From Eubacteriales bacterium (GTDB lineage Bacteria; Bacillota; Clostridia; Saccharofermentanales; Saccharofermentanaceae): a stretch of 64,000 nucleotides of DNA. Below are positions 1-12,097 of the stretch, piece after piece. The notes beneath the pieces are model-generated. The model was not told the DNA's origin and did no database searches. It saw only the letters and a list, made by a program, of their open reading frames with translations. Position 1 is the first letter of the stretch. The number at the start of each line of letters is the position of its first letter. The translations under genes were made by a program, and so were the position numbers. Location: NCBI GenBank assembly GCA_037143795.1, contig JBAWXZ010000005.1, positions 130,527 through 194,526 of the forward strand. The letters run 5' to 3'.

Positions 1-1
1 G

Positions 2-481
2 GTCAGAAACAACGTCAGGGAGATCCGGGAAGCCATCACGGCCGGAATGGCATCCCAGGACAGTCTCAATGAGGTGCTGCGCAGCCTGGGTAAAGCCGAG
101 GGCTGGGGGACATGGGATCTTATGGGCGGCGGGCTGCTTTGCGACCTTGCCAAACACTCCGATATTGACGATGCACAGACGGAAGCCCGGCAGGCGCAAT
201 ATCTGCTGCGTCAATTCAGAACGGAACTCGTTGATGTAAGGATAGACTCGGATCTTCAGGTGGAAGTAGGCAGTTTTGCTAAATTTGCGGATTTCTTCTT
301 TGACGGGCTCTTTGCTGACTGGTGTATGCAGTCGAAGATTCACGATTCTCAGGCTAATGTTGAAAGTGTCGAAAAACAGGTGGAGGACGTTATCCTGAGG
401 CTCCGCTTACTGGCCGAGAACGAAACGGCTGTTATTATGAAGCTCGAAAAGGAGATAGAAAATCTGGTGTTGGACGCATAA
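2..481 (+). CDS. Hypothetical protein, 5'-truncated at the window edge (coiled-coil C-terminal fragment)
   Basis: The open frame runs from position 2 with no upstream stop, so the gene starts before the window. The C-terminus has heptad-like charged residues (EKQVEDVILRLRLLAENETAVIMKLEKEIENL). I recognise no motif. Confidence 0.35.
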   Translation, partial: VRNNVREIREAITAGMASQDSLNEVLRSLGKAEGWGTWDLMGGGLLCDLAKHSDIDDAQTEARQAQYLLRQFRTELVDVRIDSDLQVEVGSFAKFADFFFDGLFADWCMQSKIHDSQANVESVEKQVEDVILRLRLLAENETAVIMKLEKEIENLVLDA

Positions 482-608
482 TCCGTGAAATGATTTTTGT
501 AAGCCTTTATCATGTGACTTCTGAATTCTGATACAATAAAGATGTACAGATATGCGGCTGCATTCATCCGGTGCAGGTCGGAAGTGAAAATTGAGAGGCG
601 ATTCAAAA

Positions 609-1877
609 ATGATTTATTCAGTTTATGAGTTGTTTTATATTTTTGCTGTTTATGCTTTTCTTGGATGGCTCCTTGAAGTTGTTTTCGTTGCAGCCACCAG
701 GGGCGGATTTGATAACAGGGGCTTTCTCAATGGACCGGCCTGTCCGATTTACGGATTTGGCGCTCTGCTTACCCTTTTAATTCTGACTCCGTTCCGAAGT
801 AACTTCCTGGCGTTTTTTGCCTGTTCGGTTGTTCTTGCAACAATTCTGGAGCTCACTGCCGGATTTATTCTCGAGAAAGTCTTCCACGAAAAGTGGTGGG
901 ATTATAAAGACGAGCCGTTGAATTTCTACGGATATATCTGCATGAAGTACTCTCTTGCCTGGGGCGCCGGCTGTGCATTCCTGATGTATATCCTGCATCC
1001 GCTTGTGATTCGGTTTTTTGCCTGGATTCCGGCACCTGCCGGGTTCCTGTTTGTCGCGTGCCTGTATTTGCTTCTGGCGGCGGACCTGGGTGTTACCCTT
1101 GTTGCTTTTTCCAAAATCGCAGACAATATACGCATGATCAATCAACTGGGATCAAAAATACGATTGTTATCGGATACAATCGGCGACAATATATCCGGAG
1201 GCATTTTCTCTGTCATGAGGGCAAAGGACAGACGGGTATCCGATATTGATGAACTCAGAGAAAAATATGACGGACTCGTACAAAGGAATAAAATCCTTTT
1301 AAACAGGCTCTTTAGATTTTTTCATCCCTTAACAGGCCTCATGGACAGGGAAAGAATAAGAATGAGCCGCAAAACGGCCGGTACTGCCAGGCGTGCTCTT
1401 TCCGAAGAACTTTATTACAGTACGATCGAGGAGCTGCTTGCTGCGGATTGCGTGCAGGAGATGCAGCAATATAAGCAGCACGGCGACACATCGACATATA
1501 CGCATTGTCTTGCTGTTGCATACTACAGCTATCGCCTGTGCCGTGTACTTCCGATAAAGGTGGATATAAAAAGTGTTGCGCGCGGCGCACTTCTTCATGA
1601 TTTGTTCCTTTATGACTGGCATATTCCGGACGGGAGCCATCGTCTCCATGGCTTTTACCATCCCGGATTTGCATATGCGAATGCTGTGAAATATTTTGAT
1701 ATTAACAATATAGAAGCTGACATTATACGGAAACATATGTGGCCGCTGACTGTAACTCGGGTGCCCCGATGCCGTGAGGCTGCCATTGTCTGCCTTGTCG
1801 ACAAGTTCTGCTCATTTTCCGAGACTATCGGTCTCCGTTACAAGAGGCAATTAGTTTTCGAGAGCCCCAAAGAATAA
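609..1877 (+). CDS. Membrane protein with an N-terminal polytopic domain (putative ABC-transporter type IV/CmpB-like) fused to a C-terminal HD-domain phosphohydrolase
   Basis: The N-terminal ~170 aa are hydrophobic with several TM helices (FAVYAFLGWLLEVVFVAA... GFGALLTLLILTPF). The C-terminus has an HD-type motif (GALLHDLFLYDWH... HMWP). The ATG at 609 (MIYSVY) is preceded by GAGAGG; the ORF track starts at TTG 591. Confidence 0.55.
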   Translation: MIYSVYELFYIFAVYAFLGWLLEVVFVAATRGGFDNRGFLNGPACPIYGFGALLTLLILTPFRSNFLAFFACSVVLATILELTAGFILEKVFHEKWWDYKDEPLNFYGYICMKYSLAWGAGCAFLMYILHPLVIRFFAWIPAPAGFLFVACLYLLLAADLGVTLVAFSKIADNIRMINQLGSKIRLLSDTIGDNISGGIFSVMRAKDRRVSDIDELREKYDGLVQRNKILLNRLFRFFHPLTGLMDRERIRMSRKTAGTARRALSEELYYSTIEELLAADCVQEMQQYKQHGDTSTYTHCLAVAYYSYRLCRVLPIKVDIKSVARGALLHDLFLYDWHIPDGSHRLHGFYHPGFAYANAVKYFDINNIEADIIRKHMWPLTVTRVPRCREAAIVCLVDKFCSFSETIGLRYKRQLVFESPKE

Positions 1878-1896
1878 GGTACAGAGGGCGGAGTTT

Positions 1897-2880
1897 ATGA
1901 ATAATACGGAATTTCTCCTCCACTGCGACTCGCCCTGGGCAGTCTACCGGACACTTCTGGATTTACTGGATCTGGATGAGAAGGATGCTGCCGTTATAAA
2001 AGCCAGGGAAGAGATGGCAGCACATCCGCTCGTCCAAAAGCTTTTTCAGGAAATGAAGGATTGGCCCGGAGGTGTGCTGAACAGCCATAAAAGTGCGGGA
2101 CAGCTATACCACAAGCTTTCCTTCCTGGCGGAGATCGGGATAACCGGAGAGGATTATGACTTTTCGAATATTACGAATAATTTGACGGACCACCGGTCGG
2201 ATGAAGGACTTTTTCAGCTGCCGATGAATATTCCGGTACATTTCGGTGGATCCGGGCAGGATGAGTGGGCGTGGGCACTGTGCGATGCTCCTTTGCTGCT
2301 TTATTCGGCTTTGAAAATGAATCTCGCTGACAGGGGAGTGATACAGGAAGGCGTGCAATTCCTTAAGGGACTCGCCCGCGAAAACGGCTGGCCCTGCGCC
2401 GTATCAAAGGAACTCGGTAAATTTCACGGTCCCGGCAGTAAAAAGGATCCCTGTCCATATGTGAATCTGATTATACTCAAACTGCTCGCGCTTCTTGGTG
2501 AAAAGGACAGCCCGGAAGCACATGCCGGGGTAGAGTGCCTCCTCAACGCCTGGCAGACAAGCAGGGAACGGCATCCGTATATGTTTTTTATGGGGACGGA
2601 TTTCCGGAAATTGAAGGCTCCTTTTATCTGGTATGACATCCTTCATACCGCCGATGTCCTGTCGCAGTTCGATTTTGCAGTCAAAGACGAAAGATTTACC
2701 GGTATGCTTGCAATCATCAGTGAAAAAGCCGGGAAAGACGGTCTATTCACACCGGAATCAGTCTGGCAGGCATGGAAGGATTGGGATTTCGGACAGAAAA
2801 CGATGCCTTCCGCATGGCTGACGTTTCTCGCATACAGGATTATCAGGAGATGCAGTGAATCAGCAGTACCTCCTGCCTGA
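1897..2880 (+). CDS. Hypothetical cytoplasmic protein (327 aa)
   Basis: Intact ORF with a GAGGGCGGAG RBS. No recognisable catalytic motif. Trp/Leu-rich, so possibly an alpha-helical repeat fold. Confidence 0.4.
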   Translation: MNNTEFLLHCDSPWAVYRTLLDLLDLDEKDAAVIKAREEMAAHPLVQKLFQEMKDWPGGVLNSHKSAGQLYHKLSFLAEIGITGEDYDFSNITNNLTDHRSDEGLFQLPMNIPVHFGGSGQDEWAWALCDAPLLLYSALKMNLADRGVIQEGVQFLKGLARENGWPCAVSKELGKFHGPGSKKDPCPYVNLIILKLLALLGEKDSPEAHAGVECLLNAWQTSRERHPYMFFMGTDFRKLKAPFIWYDILHTADVLSQFDFAVKDERFTGMLAIISEKAGKDGLFTPESVWQAWKDWDFGQKTMPSAWLTFLAYRIIRRCSESAVPPA

Positions 2881-3006
2881 TATATGATGCAATTGTGTAT
2901 CAAAACTATACAGCGATATTAATATTGACTATACTGAAACCAGTTTCTGAAAAAGGACTGTGTTTGCCTGCGATCAAATCTTTCCGGAGAAAGTGATGGG
3001 AATTAC

Positions 3007-3897
3007 ATGGGGCATGATGACTTCTACAAAAGCCTGTTGGACAATACATATGAGGGCATCTATTTTGTGGATATCAACCGCAAGATTTCATTCTGGAACA
3101 AAGCCGCAGAATTAATCACCGGCTATTCGGCGGATGATGTAGTTGAGAAATATTGCTACAACAATATCCTTGATCATGTTGATCACGAAGGCAATCATCT
3201 TTGCGTGGACGGATGTCCGCTCCATAAGACGATCGATGACGGGGAGACAAGGGAGGCCGAGGTGTATCTGCGCCATAAAGCGGGACATCGGATACCGGTA
3301 AGTATCCGGGCCATTTCGATTAAGGAGAACGGCAGGGTCATTGGTGCTGTGGAGCTTTTTGTCGATATAACACAAAGACAGGAAGAAAAGAAGAAGACAG
3401 AGGAATACAAGTCGCTTGCCTTATATGATCAGCTGACGGGTCTTCCGAATCGAAGATATATCGAGAGCTTTCTGGAGTCGAAACTCAATGAGTACATATC
3501 CTTTCAAATACCGTTTGGTGTTCTTTTTGTTGATGTTGATAATTTTAAAAACTGCAATGATACGTATGGGCATGAGGCAGGGGATGAAGTTCTGAAAATG
3601 GTTGCAGCAAAGTGCTCCGGCCTCACCCGTTCGACAGACTTTTTCGGCCGTCTGGGCGGTGATGAGTTTGTTGCTGTTCTGACAGGAACAAACAGGGAAA
3701 ATATGGGTATGGTCGCTGAATCCATGCGAAAACTCGCGGAGAATTTTATATTTTTAGATAATGACCTTCATATCAATATTTCCATAGGAGCCACGCTGGT
3801 TAACAGTGATGATTCTGTGGCAAGTGTTTTGAAGCGTGCGGATTCCCTCCTGTACCAAAGCAAGCAGGGCGGAAGAAATAGAGTCACATACGGATGA
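3007..3897 (+). CDS. PAS-domain diguanylate cyclase (GGDEF)
   Basis: The N-terminus is PAS-like (FWNKAAELITGYSADDVV). The C-terminus carries an RLGGDEFVAVL GG(D/E)EF active site and the upstream RYIESFLE.. region typical of GGDEF domains. Confidence 0.8.
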   Translation: MGHDDFYKSLLDNTYEGIYFVDINRKISFWNKAAELITGYSADDVVEKYCYNNILDHVDHEGNHLCVDGCPLHKTIDDGETREAEVYLRHKAGHRIPVSIRAISIKENGRVIGAVELFVDITQRQEEKKKTEEYKSLALYDQLTGLPNRRYIESFLESKLNEYISFQIPFGVLFVDVDNFKNCNDTYGHEAGDEVLKMVAAKCSGLTRSTDFFGRLGGDEFVAVLTGTNRENMGMVAESMRKLAENFIFLDNDLHINISIGATLVNSDDSVASVLKRADSLLYQSKQGGRNRVTYG

Positions 3898-4124
3898 CGC
3901 CAGAAATCATGAGGTGCCTCGCTCAAAATGAAGCCGCCGGTATTGTCTGCCATTACCCCGGCAGCCTGGTCGGCGATTATGATACGTGCAGCAGTGAAGA
4001 GGAGATTTTCAGAATGATCAGGCATGGCAAAGAAATATGAAAAGCGTCCTGTTCTGCAGACTATTTTTCTCATGGTTTCGCGGACGGTCAGAAGGAACGG
4101 TATAACGTGAATCGAGGATACAAT

Positions 4125-6674
4125 ATGGAGATCAAAGATAAAGTCAGCACAGGGATAAGGGGATTTGACAAGGTTATTGATGATCTGCGTCTCGGGGACA
4201 ATGTCGTCTGGCAGGTCGATGCTATATCCGATTACAAAAAAGTGGTCGAGCCCTATGTTGAACAGGCTCTCCGCGATGGCCGAAACCTGATCTATTTCCG
4301 TTTTGGCAGCCATAAGCCAATACTTCAGGATCACCCGAACATTAAAATATACCGTGTCAGTCCCAAAACGGGTTTTGAGACGTTTGCCACCACCGTGCAT
4401 AACATTATTACTAAAGAGGGGAAAAGGGCGTTTTATGTCTTTGACTGCCTGTCTGACCTGCTTAAACACTGGCATTCCGATCTGATCATCGGTAATTTTT
4501 TCAAAGTAACCTGCCCCTATCTGTATGAACTTGACACGGTAGCGTATTTTGCTATTTTCCGTAATGTGCATACTTTCAGTACCATTGCAGGAATCCGGGA
4601 GACAACGCAGCTTCTTCTGGACTTATACCAGGTCAAAGGCAACTGGTATATTCATCCTTTGCGGGTCTGGCAGAGATATTCGCCGACCATGTTTTTCCCG
4701 CATCTGATCCAGGGACAGGAAGCGATCAGCATTACAGCCAGCGCAGAAGCGGCAGAGCTCTTTTCGAGCATCCACAGGGGTGAAGACCGCCCGGACCACT
4801 GGAACATCATATTCAACAAAGCCAGGGACGCACTTAAGCTCGATGATGAACAGCAGGACAAAACCAAGACACTTCTTCTGTTGATGCTGATGGGCAGCGA
4901 AACAAGGATGCTGCATCTGTGCGAGAAATATTTTACGCTCAAAGACGTCCTGACTATTGCTGCAAGGGAAATCGGAAGCGGACATATCGGCGGAAAGAGC
5001 GTCGGTATGCTGGTGGCAAGAAAAATACTGGAGGTGGAAGGGAAAGATCGCTATATGCCCTTTCTCGAATCCCATGACTCCTTTTATATTGGAACTGATG
5101 TTTTCTATACCTATGTTGTTCAAAACGGATGGTGGCGGCTTCGCACCATACAGAAGACGGTGGATGGCTATTATGCCAAAGCGCCTGAACTCAAGGAAAA
5201 ACTTATGCACGGATCATTTCCTGAGAATATTCAGGAACAATTCGTCAGAATGCTTGAATATTTCGGTCAGTCGCCGCTTATCGTAAGATCGAGTTCCCTT
5301 CTTGAAGATAATTTCGGCAACGCATTTGCAGGCAAGTATGAGAGCGTTTTCTGTGCGAACCAGGGTACTCCGGGCGAACGTTATGCGGCATTCTCCCAGG
5401 CAGTCCGCACGGTATATGCCAGCACGATGAACCCGGACGCCCTGGCTTACCGGATGAACCGCGGACTCTTCGACAAAGACGAGCAGATGGCAATTCTTGT
5501 GCAGCGTGTATCCGGTGACTACCACCAGGATGATTTTTTCCCGCATGCCGCAGGGGTCGGGAATTCCTCCAATTTATATGTCTGGGACAAATCCGTAGAC
5601 ATGGAAGCAGGGATGCTCCGACTGGTTTTCGGACTCGGGACCCGGGCCGTAGACCGTACTGTCGGCGACTACGCAAGAATCGTGACCCTCGATGACCCTC
5701 TTCGTATTCCGGTTATGAATTACGAGGATCAGAAAAAATTCTCGCAGCATTATGTGGATGTTATTTCACTTCGTGAAAATATTCTGACGAGCCGGTATTT
5801 TGAAGATATCCTCTCAAAAGATATCAAGGCGGACAAGGGACTATTTGTAAGCATAGACCAGGAATCTGCAAGGCGAATGCGCGAAAAGGGACAGAATAGC
5901 CGCAAGCCGCCCTTTTTGCTTGATTTTCATAAATTACTTAAGGATTCACACTTTCCGGAACTGATGAAAGAAATTCTCACAGAGCTGTCCCGCATATATG
6001 AATATCCGGTGGACATAGAATTTACTGTGAACTTCGGGAAAGACAACAGCTTCAAAGTCAACATCCTGCAATGCCGCCCGCTCCAGACCCGGGGCCTGGG
6101 AAGGGCAATAGAAATGCCGGTAATGGAAAATCCGGAGGACTGCCTGTTTTCAACAAAGGGTAATTTCATGGGTGGAAACATGAGGCTTCCGATTGATTAT
6201 GTCGTGTATGTGCAGGCAAAGGCTTATCTGTCCAGGAGTGAGCAGGAAAAATACGAAGTCGCAAGGCAGATCGGCAGAATTAACAATACACTCAAGGGGC
6301 AGTCCGTTATGCTGATCGGCCCCGGCCGGTGGGGGACCACAACGACCAGTCTCGGGGTTCCCGTGCACTTTTCAGAAATCAGCAATATGTCGGTCGTCTG
6401 CGAAGTCGCATCTACCCATACGGGTATGATGCCGGAACTGTCCTATGGCAGCCACTTTTTTCAGGATCTTGTAGAGACGGGAATTTTCTATGCGGCTATT
6501 TTTGACGGACAGAAGAATGTCGTATTTCATCCGGAACGAGTACTGGAATCGGAAAATGTTCTGACAGGAATCCTTGCCGACAGTGCTGCGTTTTCCGATG
6601 TAATCCATGTCGCCAAAGCAGACGGCATGATAATTTATTCGGATATTCTGACTCAGAGCCTGATATGCAGGTAG
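4125..6674 (+). CDS. PEP/pyruvate-binding (PPDK_N / PEP-synthase-like ATP-grasp) domain protein with an N-terminal KaiC/RecA-like domain
   Basis: IVRSSSLLEDNFGNAFAGKYESV matches the VRSS..ED..SFAGQ signature of the PEP-utilising ATP-grasp domain. The N-terminal ~250 aa resemble KaiC/RecA-type modules (GIRGFDKVIDDLRLGDNVVWQVD). ATG 4125 (MEIKDK) follows a GAGGA RBS; the ORF track begins at GTG 4107. Confidence 0.6.
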   Translation: MEIKDKVSTGIRGFDKVIDDLRLGDNVVWQVDAISDYKKVVEPYVEQALRDGRNLIYFRFGSHKPILQDHPNIKIYRVSPKTGFETFATTVHNIITKEGKRAFYVFDCLSDLLKHWHSDLIIGNFFKVTCPYLYELDTVAYFAIFRNVHTFSTIAGIRETTQLLLDLYQVKGNWYIHPLRVWQRYSPTMFFPHLIQGQEAISITASAEAAELFSSIHRGEDRPDHWNIIFNKARDALKLDDEQQDKTKTLLLLMLMGSETRMLHLCEKYFTLKDVLTIAAREIGSGHIGGKSVGMLVARKILEVEGKDRYMPFLESHDSFYIGTDVFYTYVVQNGWWRLRTIQKTVDGYYAKAPELKEKLMHGSFPENIQEQFVRMLEYFGQSPLIVRSSSLLEDNFGNAFAGKYESVFCANQGTPGERYAAFSQAVRTVYASTMNPDALAYRMNRGLFDKDEQMAILVQRVSGDYHQDDFFPHAAGVGNSSNLYVWDKSVDMEAGMLRLVFGLGTRAVDRTVGDYARIVTLDDPLRIPVMNYEDQKKFSQHYVDVISLRENILTSRYFEDILSKDIKADKGLFVSIDQESARRMREKGQNSRKPPFLLDFHKLLKDSHFPELMKEILTELSRIYEYPVDIEFTVNFGKDNSFKVNILQCRPLQTRGLGRAIEMPVMENPEDCLFSTKGNFMGGNMRLPIDYVVYVQAKAYLSRSEQEKYEVARQIGRINNTLKGQSVMLIGPGRWGTTTTSLGVPVHFSEISNMSVVCEVASTHTGMMPELSYGSHFFQDLVETGIFYAAIFDGQKNVVFHPERVLESENVLTGILADSAAFSDVIHVAKADGMIIYSDILTQSLICR

Positions 6675-6750
6675 TTCGGCCTTTCAGGAACGCCTGATAT
6701 TGATCGGGAAGGACAGCGGCACTAATTCTCTGGAAGGACTTACGCACAGC

Positions 6751-6795
6751 AAAAAAATCCCTCACACCCTGTTAAGGGGAATGAGGGATTTTTTG
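6751..6795. terminator. Bidirectional rho-independent terminator between the convergent PEP-like gene and gdhA
   Basis: Perfect 13-bp stem AAAAAATCCCTCA / TGAGGGATTTTTT with an inner CCCT-GTTA-AGGG extension. A/T tracts lie on both sides, giving a U-tract on either strand. Confidence 0.75.
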
Positions 6796-6821
6796 TTGCG
6801 TTTTGTGACTTGAGCCGAAAA

Positions 6822-8703
<1,882 letters not shown>

Positions 8704-9738
8704 ATGATTCTATTCGAATGTGATTACAGCGAAGGTGCTCATCCCAAAGTGCTTCAAAAACTTATCGATACAAACTATGAACAGACGAAAGCATATGGAG
8801 AGGATCCCTATTGTTTGGAAGCTGCCCGCCTGATCAAAGACAAATGCGGCCGGCCGGATGCTGACGTGCATTTTCTGACAGGGGGAACCCAGACAAATCT
8901 GACTCTGATTTCTGCAGCCCTTCGTCCGCATCAGGGTGTGATTTCTGCAGCCACGGGACACATAAATGTACATGAAAGCGGTGCTATAGAGGCAACCGGA
9001 CACAAAGTGCTGGAACTGCCGGGGACGGATGGAAAATTGACAGCTGCGCAGATTCAAAAGGCTTGTGAAGATCATTTCAATGACGTTAACCACGAACATA
9101 TGGTTCAGCCCCGGCTTGTATATATTTCGAATCCAACTGAAATCGGCTCTATATACAGCTTGTCTGAACTGACTGCGATCCGCGAAGCCTGCAGTCGGAA
9201 TCACCTGTATTTGTATATGGACGGCGCCCGGTTAGGTTATGCACTCTGTGCGCAGGGTAATGATCTGGATTTACCGGCCATAGCAGACCTATGTGACGCC
9301 TTTTATATCGGCGGGACGAAGCTTGGCACTCTATTCGGAGAGGCGCTTGTGATTTGCAGTGATGACCTTAAGGCGGATTTTCGATACATCATGAAACAGA
9401 AGGGCGGACTAATGGCGAAGGGAAGGCTTCTGGGCCTCCAGTTTCTTGCCCTTTTTGAAGATGATTTGTATTTTGACATCGCCCGCCATGCAAACGATAT
9501 GGCAATGCTCATCAAACAGGCATGTGAGAGGGCCGGCTTTGCATTTCTTATTCCCTCAGGCACCAATCAGCAGTTCCCTATCCTGCCGGATGAACTGCTC
9601 GAGGGAATCGGCAGGAAAATCACTTACTCTTTCTGGGAAAAGACGGATGACACGCACAGTGCGGTGCGTTTTTGTACAAGCTGGGCTACAAAAGAAACGG
9701 ATGTCGCAGAACTTGTAAAAGAGATTGAAAAGTCGTAA
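8704..9738 (+). CDS. ltaE: Low-specificity L-threonine aldolase (beta-eliminating lyase / PLP fold type I)
   Basis: MILFECDYSEGAHPKVLQKL... TGGTQTNLTLISAAL... the YIGGTKLG segment carries the PLP-lysine, consistent with the threonine-aldolase family. 344 aa is the typical length. Confidence 0.8.
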   Translation: MILFECDYSEGAHPKVLQKLIDTNYEQTKAYGEDPYCLEAARLIKDKCGRPDADVHFLTGGTQTNLTLISAALRPHQGVISAATGHINVHESGAIEATGHKVLELPGTDGKLTAAQIQKACEDHFNDVNHEHMVQPRLVYISNPTEIGSIYSLSELTAIREACSRNHLYLYMDGARLGYALCAQGNDLDLPAIADLCDAFYIGGTKLGTLFGEALVICSDDLKADFRYIMKQKGGLMAKGRLLGLQFLALFEDDLYFDIARHANDMAMLIKQACERAGFAFLIPSGTNQQFPILPDELLEGIGRKITYSFWEKTDDTHSAVRFCTSWATKETDVAELVKEIEKS

Positions 9739-9842
9739 GGGATTTGTGCCCCTCGTGAAGCAGGATAGTTTGTGACTTGCCGTATGTGGGCGTACAATGT
9801 GTGTAAGGCATTTCAAGGTAAACAGGGGAATCGAGGAAGATT

Positions 9843-10976
9843 ATGACAGCAGCCGTTGCCTATGTGGAAATCAATGCATTTGCATTTGTAATATTGATTT
9901 TGATATATTCCAATATTCGTCACCTCCAGGAAAAATATCTGCTTAAGCAGAGGATCTTTCTGGGTCTGATCGTATCCGTAGCATTTGAACTTGTTTTGGA
10001 TACACTCGTCTGGGTACTGGATGGGAAGTCCGGTATAATAGTAAGAAATATTAACTTGACGGCTACAGCGATCGGCTGTATATGCAGCGCAATCCCTTTT
10101 ATTCTATCCTGCCTTTATTTTGTTTTGCAGATACAGACGAACGGCAAAATTAAAAGGAATATGGTAATTGCGCTTCTTATTCCGGCCGCGTTAAACGCTG
10201 TTTTATCAATATTGAGTGTATTTAACGGATACTATTTTTACTTTGACAAGGCTAATCTATATCACAGGGGAGACATGTTTATTGTTATGCCTGCCATTTG
10301 GGTAGTGTATTTATTGTTTGCAGTCATCCTTCTGGTGAAGAATCGAAAAACGATACAAAAAAGATATTTTTTCCCGCTCATTGGATTTCTGGTTCCTCCC
10401 GTCGTAACAGGTATTTTGCAGTTTTCCATTTATGGGCTTTCGATTATATGGGCCAGTTTTGCAATATCCATGCAAATTGTCTTTATGAGCATTCAAAACA
10501 ACCAGTTGTATACAGATTACCTGACGGGTCTATTTAATCGGCGGCAGTTGGATTTCTATTTGGATGAACGCGTGAAAAACAAAAAAAATGATAAAATGAT
10601 GGCAGGTATCATGGTTGATCTGGATGCTTTTAAAAATATCAATGATAAATTCGGACATGTGGTGGGTGACTCGGCACTTATCGATGCCGCCCAAATCCTC
10701 CGCACAAGTTTCTGGAAAATGGATTTAATCTGCCGTTACGGCGGAGATGAATTCGTGATTATCATTGAAAGGGACAGCCGGAAGGAAATTATTGATAATG
10801 TGAATTTGCTGATTCGAAATGCGGGAAGGTTCAACCAAAAAGATAAGAGTCCCTATACAATCAGTTTCAGTATCGGGTATGATGTTTTTGACTATCAGGC
10901 CGAATCATCTTCCCAGCAATTCATTAACCGTATTGATTCGTTGATGTATGCCAATAAAAAACGGTCGAAATCCTGA
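9843..10976 (+). CDS. Membrane-anchored diguanylate cyclase (GGDEF)
   Basis: ~6 N-terminal TM helices followed by a GGDEF domain with an intact RYGGDEFVIII motif. RBS CGAGGAAG. Confidence 0.8.
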   Translation: MTAAVAYVEINAFAFVILILIYSNIRHLQEKYLLKQRIFLGLIVSVAFELVLDTLVWVLDGKSGIIVRNINLTATAIGCICSAIPFILSCLYFVLQIQTNGKIKRNMVIALLIPAALNAVLSILSVFNGYYFYFDKANLYHRGDMFIVMPAIWVVYLLFAVILLVKNRKTIQKRYFFPLIGFLVPPVVTGILQFSIYGLSIIWASFAISMQIVFMSIQNNQLYTDYLTGLFNRRQLDFYLDERVKNKKNDKMMAGIMVDLDAFKNINDKFGHVVGDSALIDAAQILRTSFWKMDLICRYGGDEFVIIIERDSRKEIIDNVNLLIRNAGRFNQKDKSPYTISFSIGYDVFDYQAESSSQQFINRIDSLMYANKKRSKS

Positions 10977-11027
10977 AACCACCTTACCGGGAACTTGCGC
11001 TGATCATAGGAAATAGGAGGACTGCAT

Positions 11028-11645
11028 ATGAATTTTGATGAGAAAGCACAAAACTGGGACACGGAAGAAAGAATGAAGAGAGCCCAGATGATTGCTAAGG
11101 AAATTGAGAAAACAATCGCAGGGGAGACATACCATAAGGCACTCGAATTTGGCTGCGGAACAGGACTTGTCAGTTTTAACCTTCTTCTTGTAGTCAGGGA
11201 AATTACTCTCGTCGATAGTTCGGAAGAAATGATTCATGTAGTGAAGAACAAAATTAAGAACTGTGCCATTCACAATATGTCGGCTTTGGAGATGGATATA
11301 GTGAAGGGTGATCAACTTCCTGCGCAGTATGATCTGATTTATTCATCCATGGCGCTGCACCATATTGCGGACACGAAAAAACTGCTTGGCAAACTCTATA
11401 AGCATATGGAAAAAGGCGGTCGGATATGTATTGTTGATTTGACCGAGGAAGACGGAAGTTTCCATAAGGAAGACAAGGAATTTGATGGTCATAACGGCTT
11501 TAATATCAAGGATTTGGAAGAGTTGTTTAAAAAAACCGGATTTGTAGAAATAGAATCAAACGTATTTTATTCAGGGGTTAAAGAAGCAGCAGGCGGCGAC
11601 GTACCATACTCGCTATTCCTGATGACAGCAAAAAAGAAAGGCTAG
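11028..11645 (+). CDS. Class I SAM-dependent methyltransferase
   Basis: Motif I LEFGCGTGLVS, plus an acidic post-II residue (LVDSSEEM). RBS AGGAGG. Confidence 0.75.
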   Translation: MNFDEKAQNWDTEERMKRAQMIAKEIEKTIAGETYHKALEFGCGTGLVSFNLLLVVREITLVDSSEEMIHVVKNKIKNCAIHNMSALEMDIVKGDQLPAQYDLIYSSMALHHIADTKKLLGKLYKHMEKGGRICIVDLTEEDGSFHKEDKEFDGHNGFNIKDLEELFKKTGFVEIESNVFYSGVKEAAGGDVPYSLFLMTAKKKG

Positions 11646-11654
11646 GATAAAATT

Positions 11655-12086
11655 ATGGAAATCAGAAAAATGACTATTGCGGATTATGAGCCGGTATATC
11701 GTCTTTGGACAAACACCGACGGGATGGGACTCAGGAGCATTGATGACTCCAGGGAAGGCATCGAGAAATTCCTGAACAAAAATCCCAATACGAATTTTGT
11801 TGCTGAGAACGAAGGGGAAGTCATTGGAGTAATATTGAGCGGAAATGACGGACGCAGAGGATTTATATACCACACAGCCGTTAGTACGTCACACCGTGGA
11901 CAGAAGATCGGAAGGGCCCTGCTGAACAACGTTTACGCTGCGATGAAGGCAGAGGGCATCAATAAGATGGGTCTGCTGATTTACACAAACAATGACAACG
12001 GCAATGCTTTCTGGCAGGCCCAGGACTGGGTGAAACGCAGCGATTTGTATTACTATGATAAAAACTTGAATGAAGAGAACCTCTAA
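11655..12086 (+). CDS. GNAT family N-acetyltransferase
   Basis: 143 aa. The acetyl-CoA-binding segment (VSTSHRGQKIGRALL, Q/RxxGxG/A-like) has the characteristic GNAT layout. Confidence 0.75.
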   Translation: MEIRKMTIADYEPVYRLWTNTDGMGLRSIDDSREGIEKFLNKNPNTNFVAENEGEVIGVILSGNDGRRGFIYHTAVSTSHRGQKIGRALLNNVYAAMKAEGINKMGLLIYTNNDNGNAFWQAQDWVKRSDLYYYDKNLNEENL

Positions 12087-12097
12087 GGGGGACAGCT

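Noticed and set aside
777-1736. Several minus-strand ORFs (122, 71, 135, 111 aa) overlapping the HD-membrane gene
   Set aside because: They are antisense shadows of a well-supported CDS, with low-complexity Arg/Gln-rich translations and no RBS.
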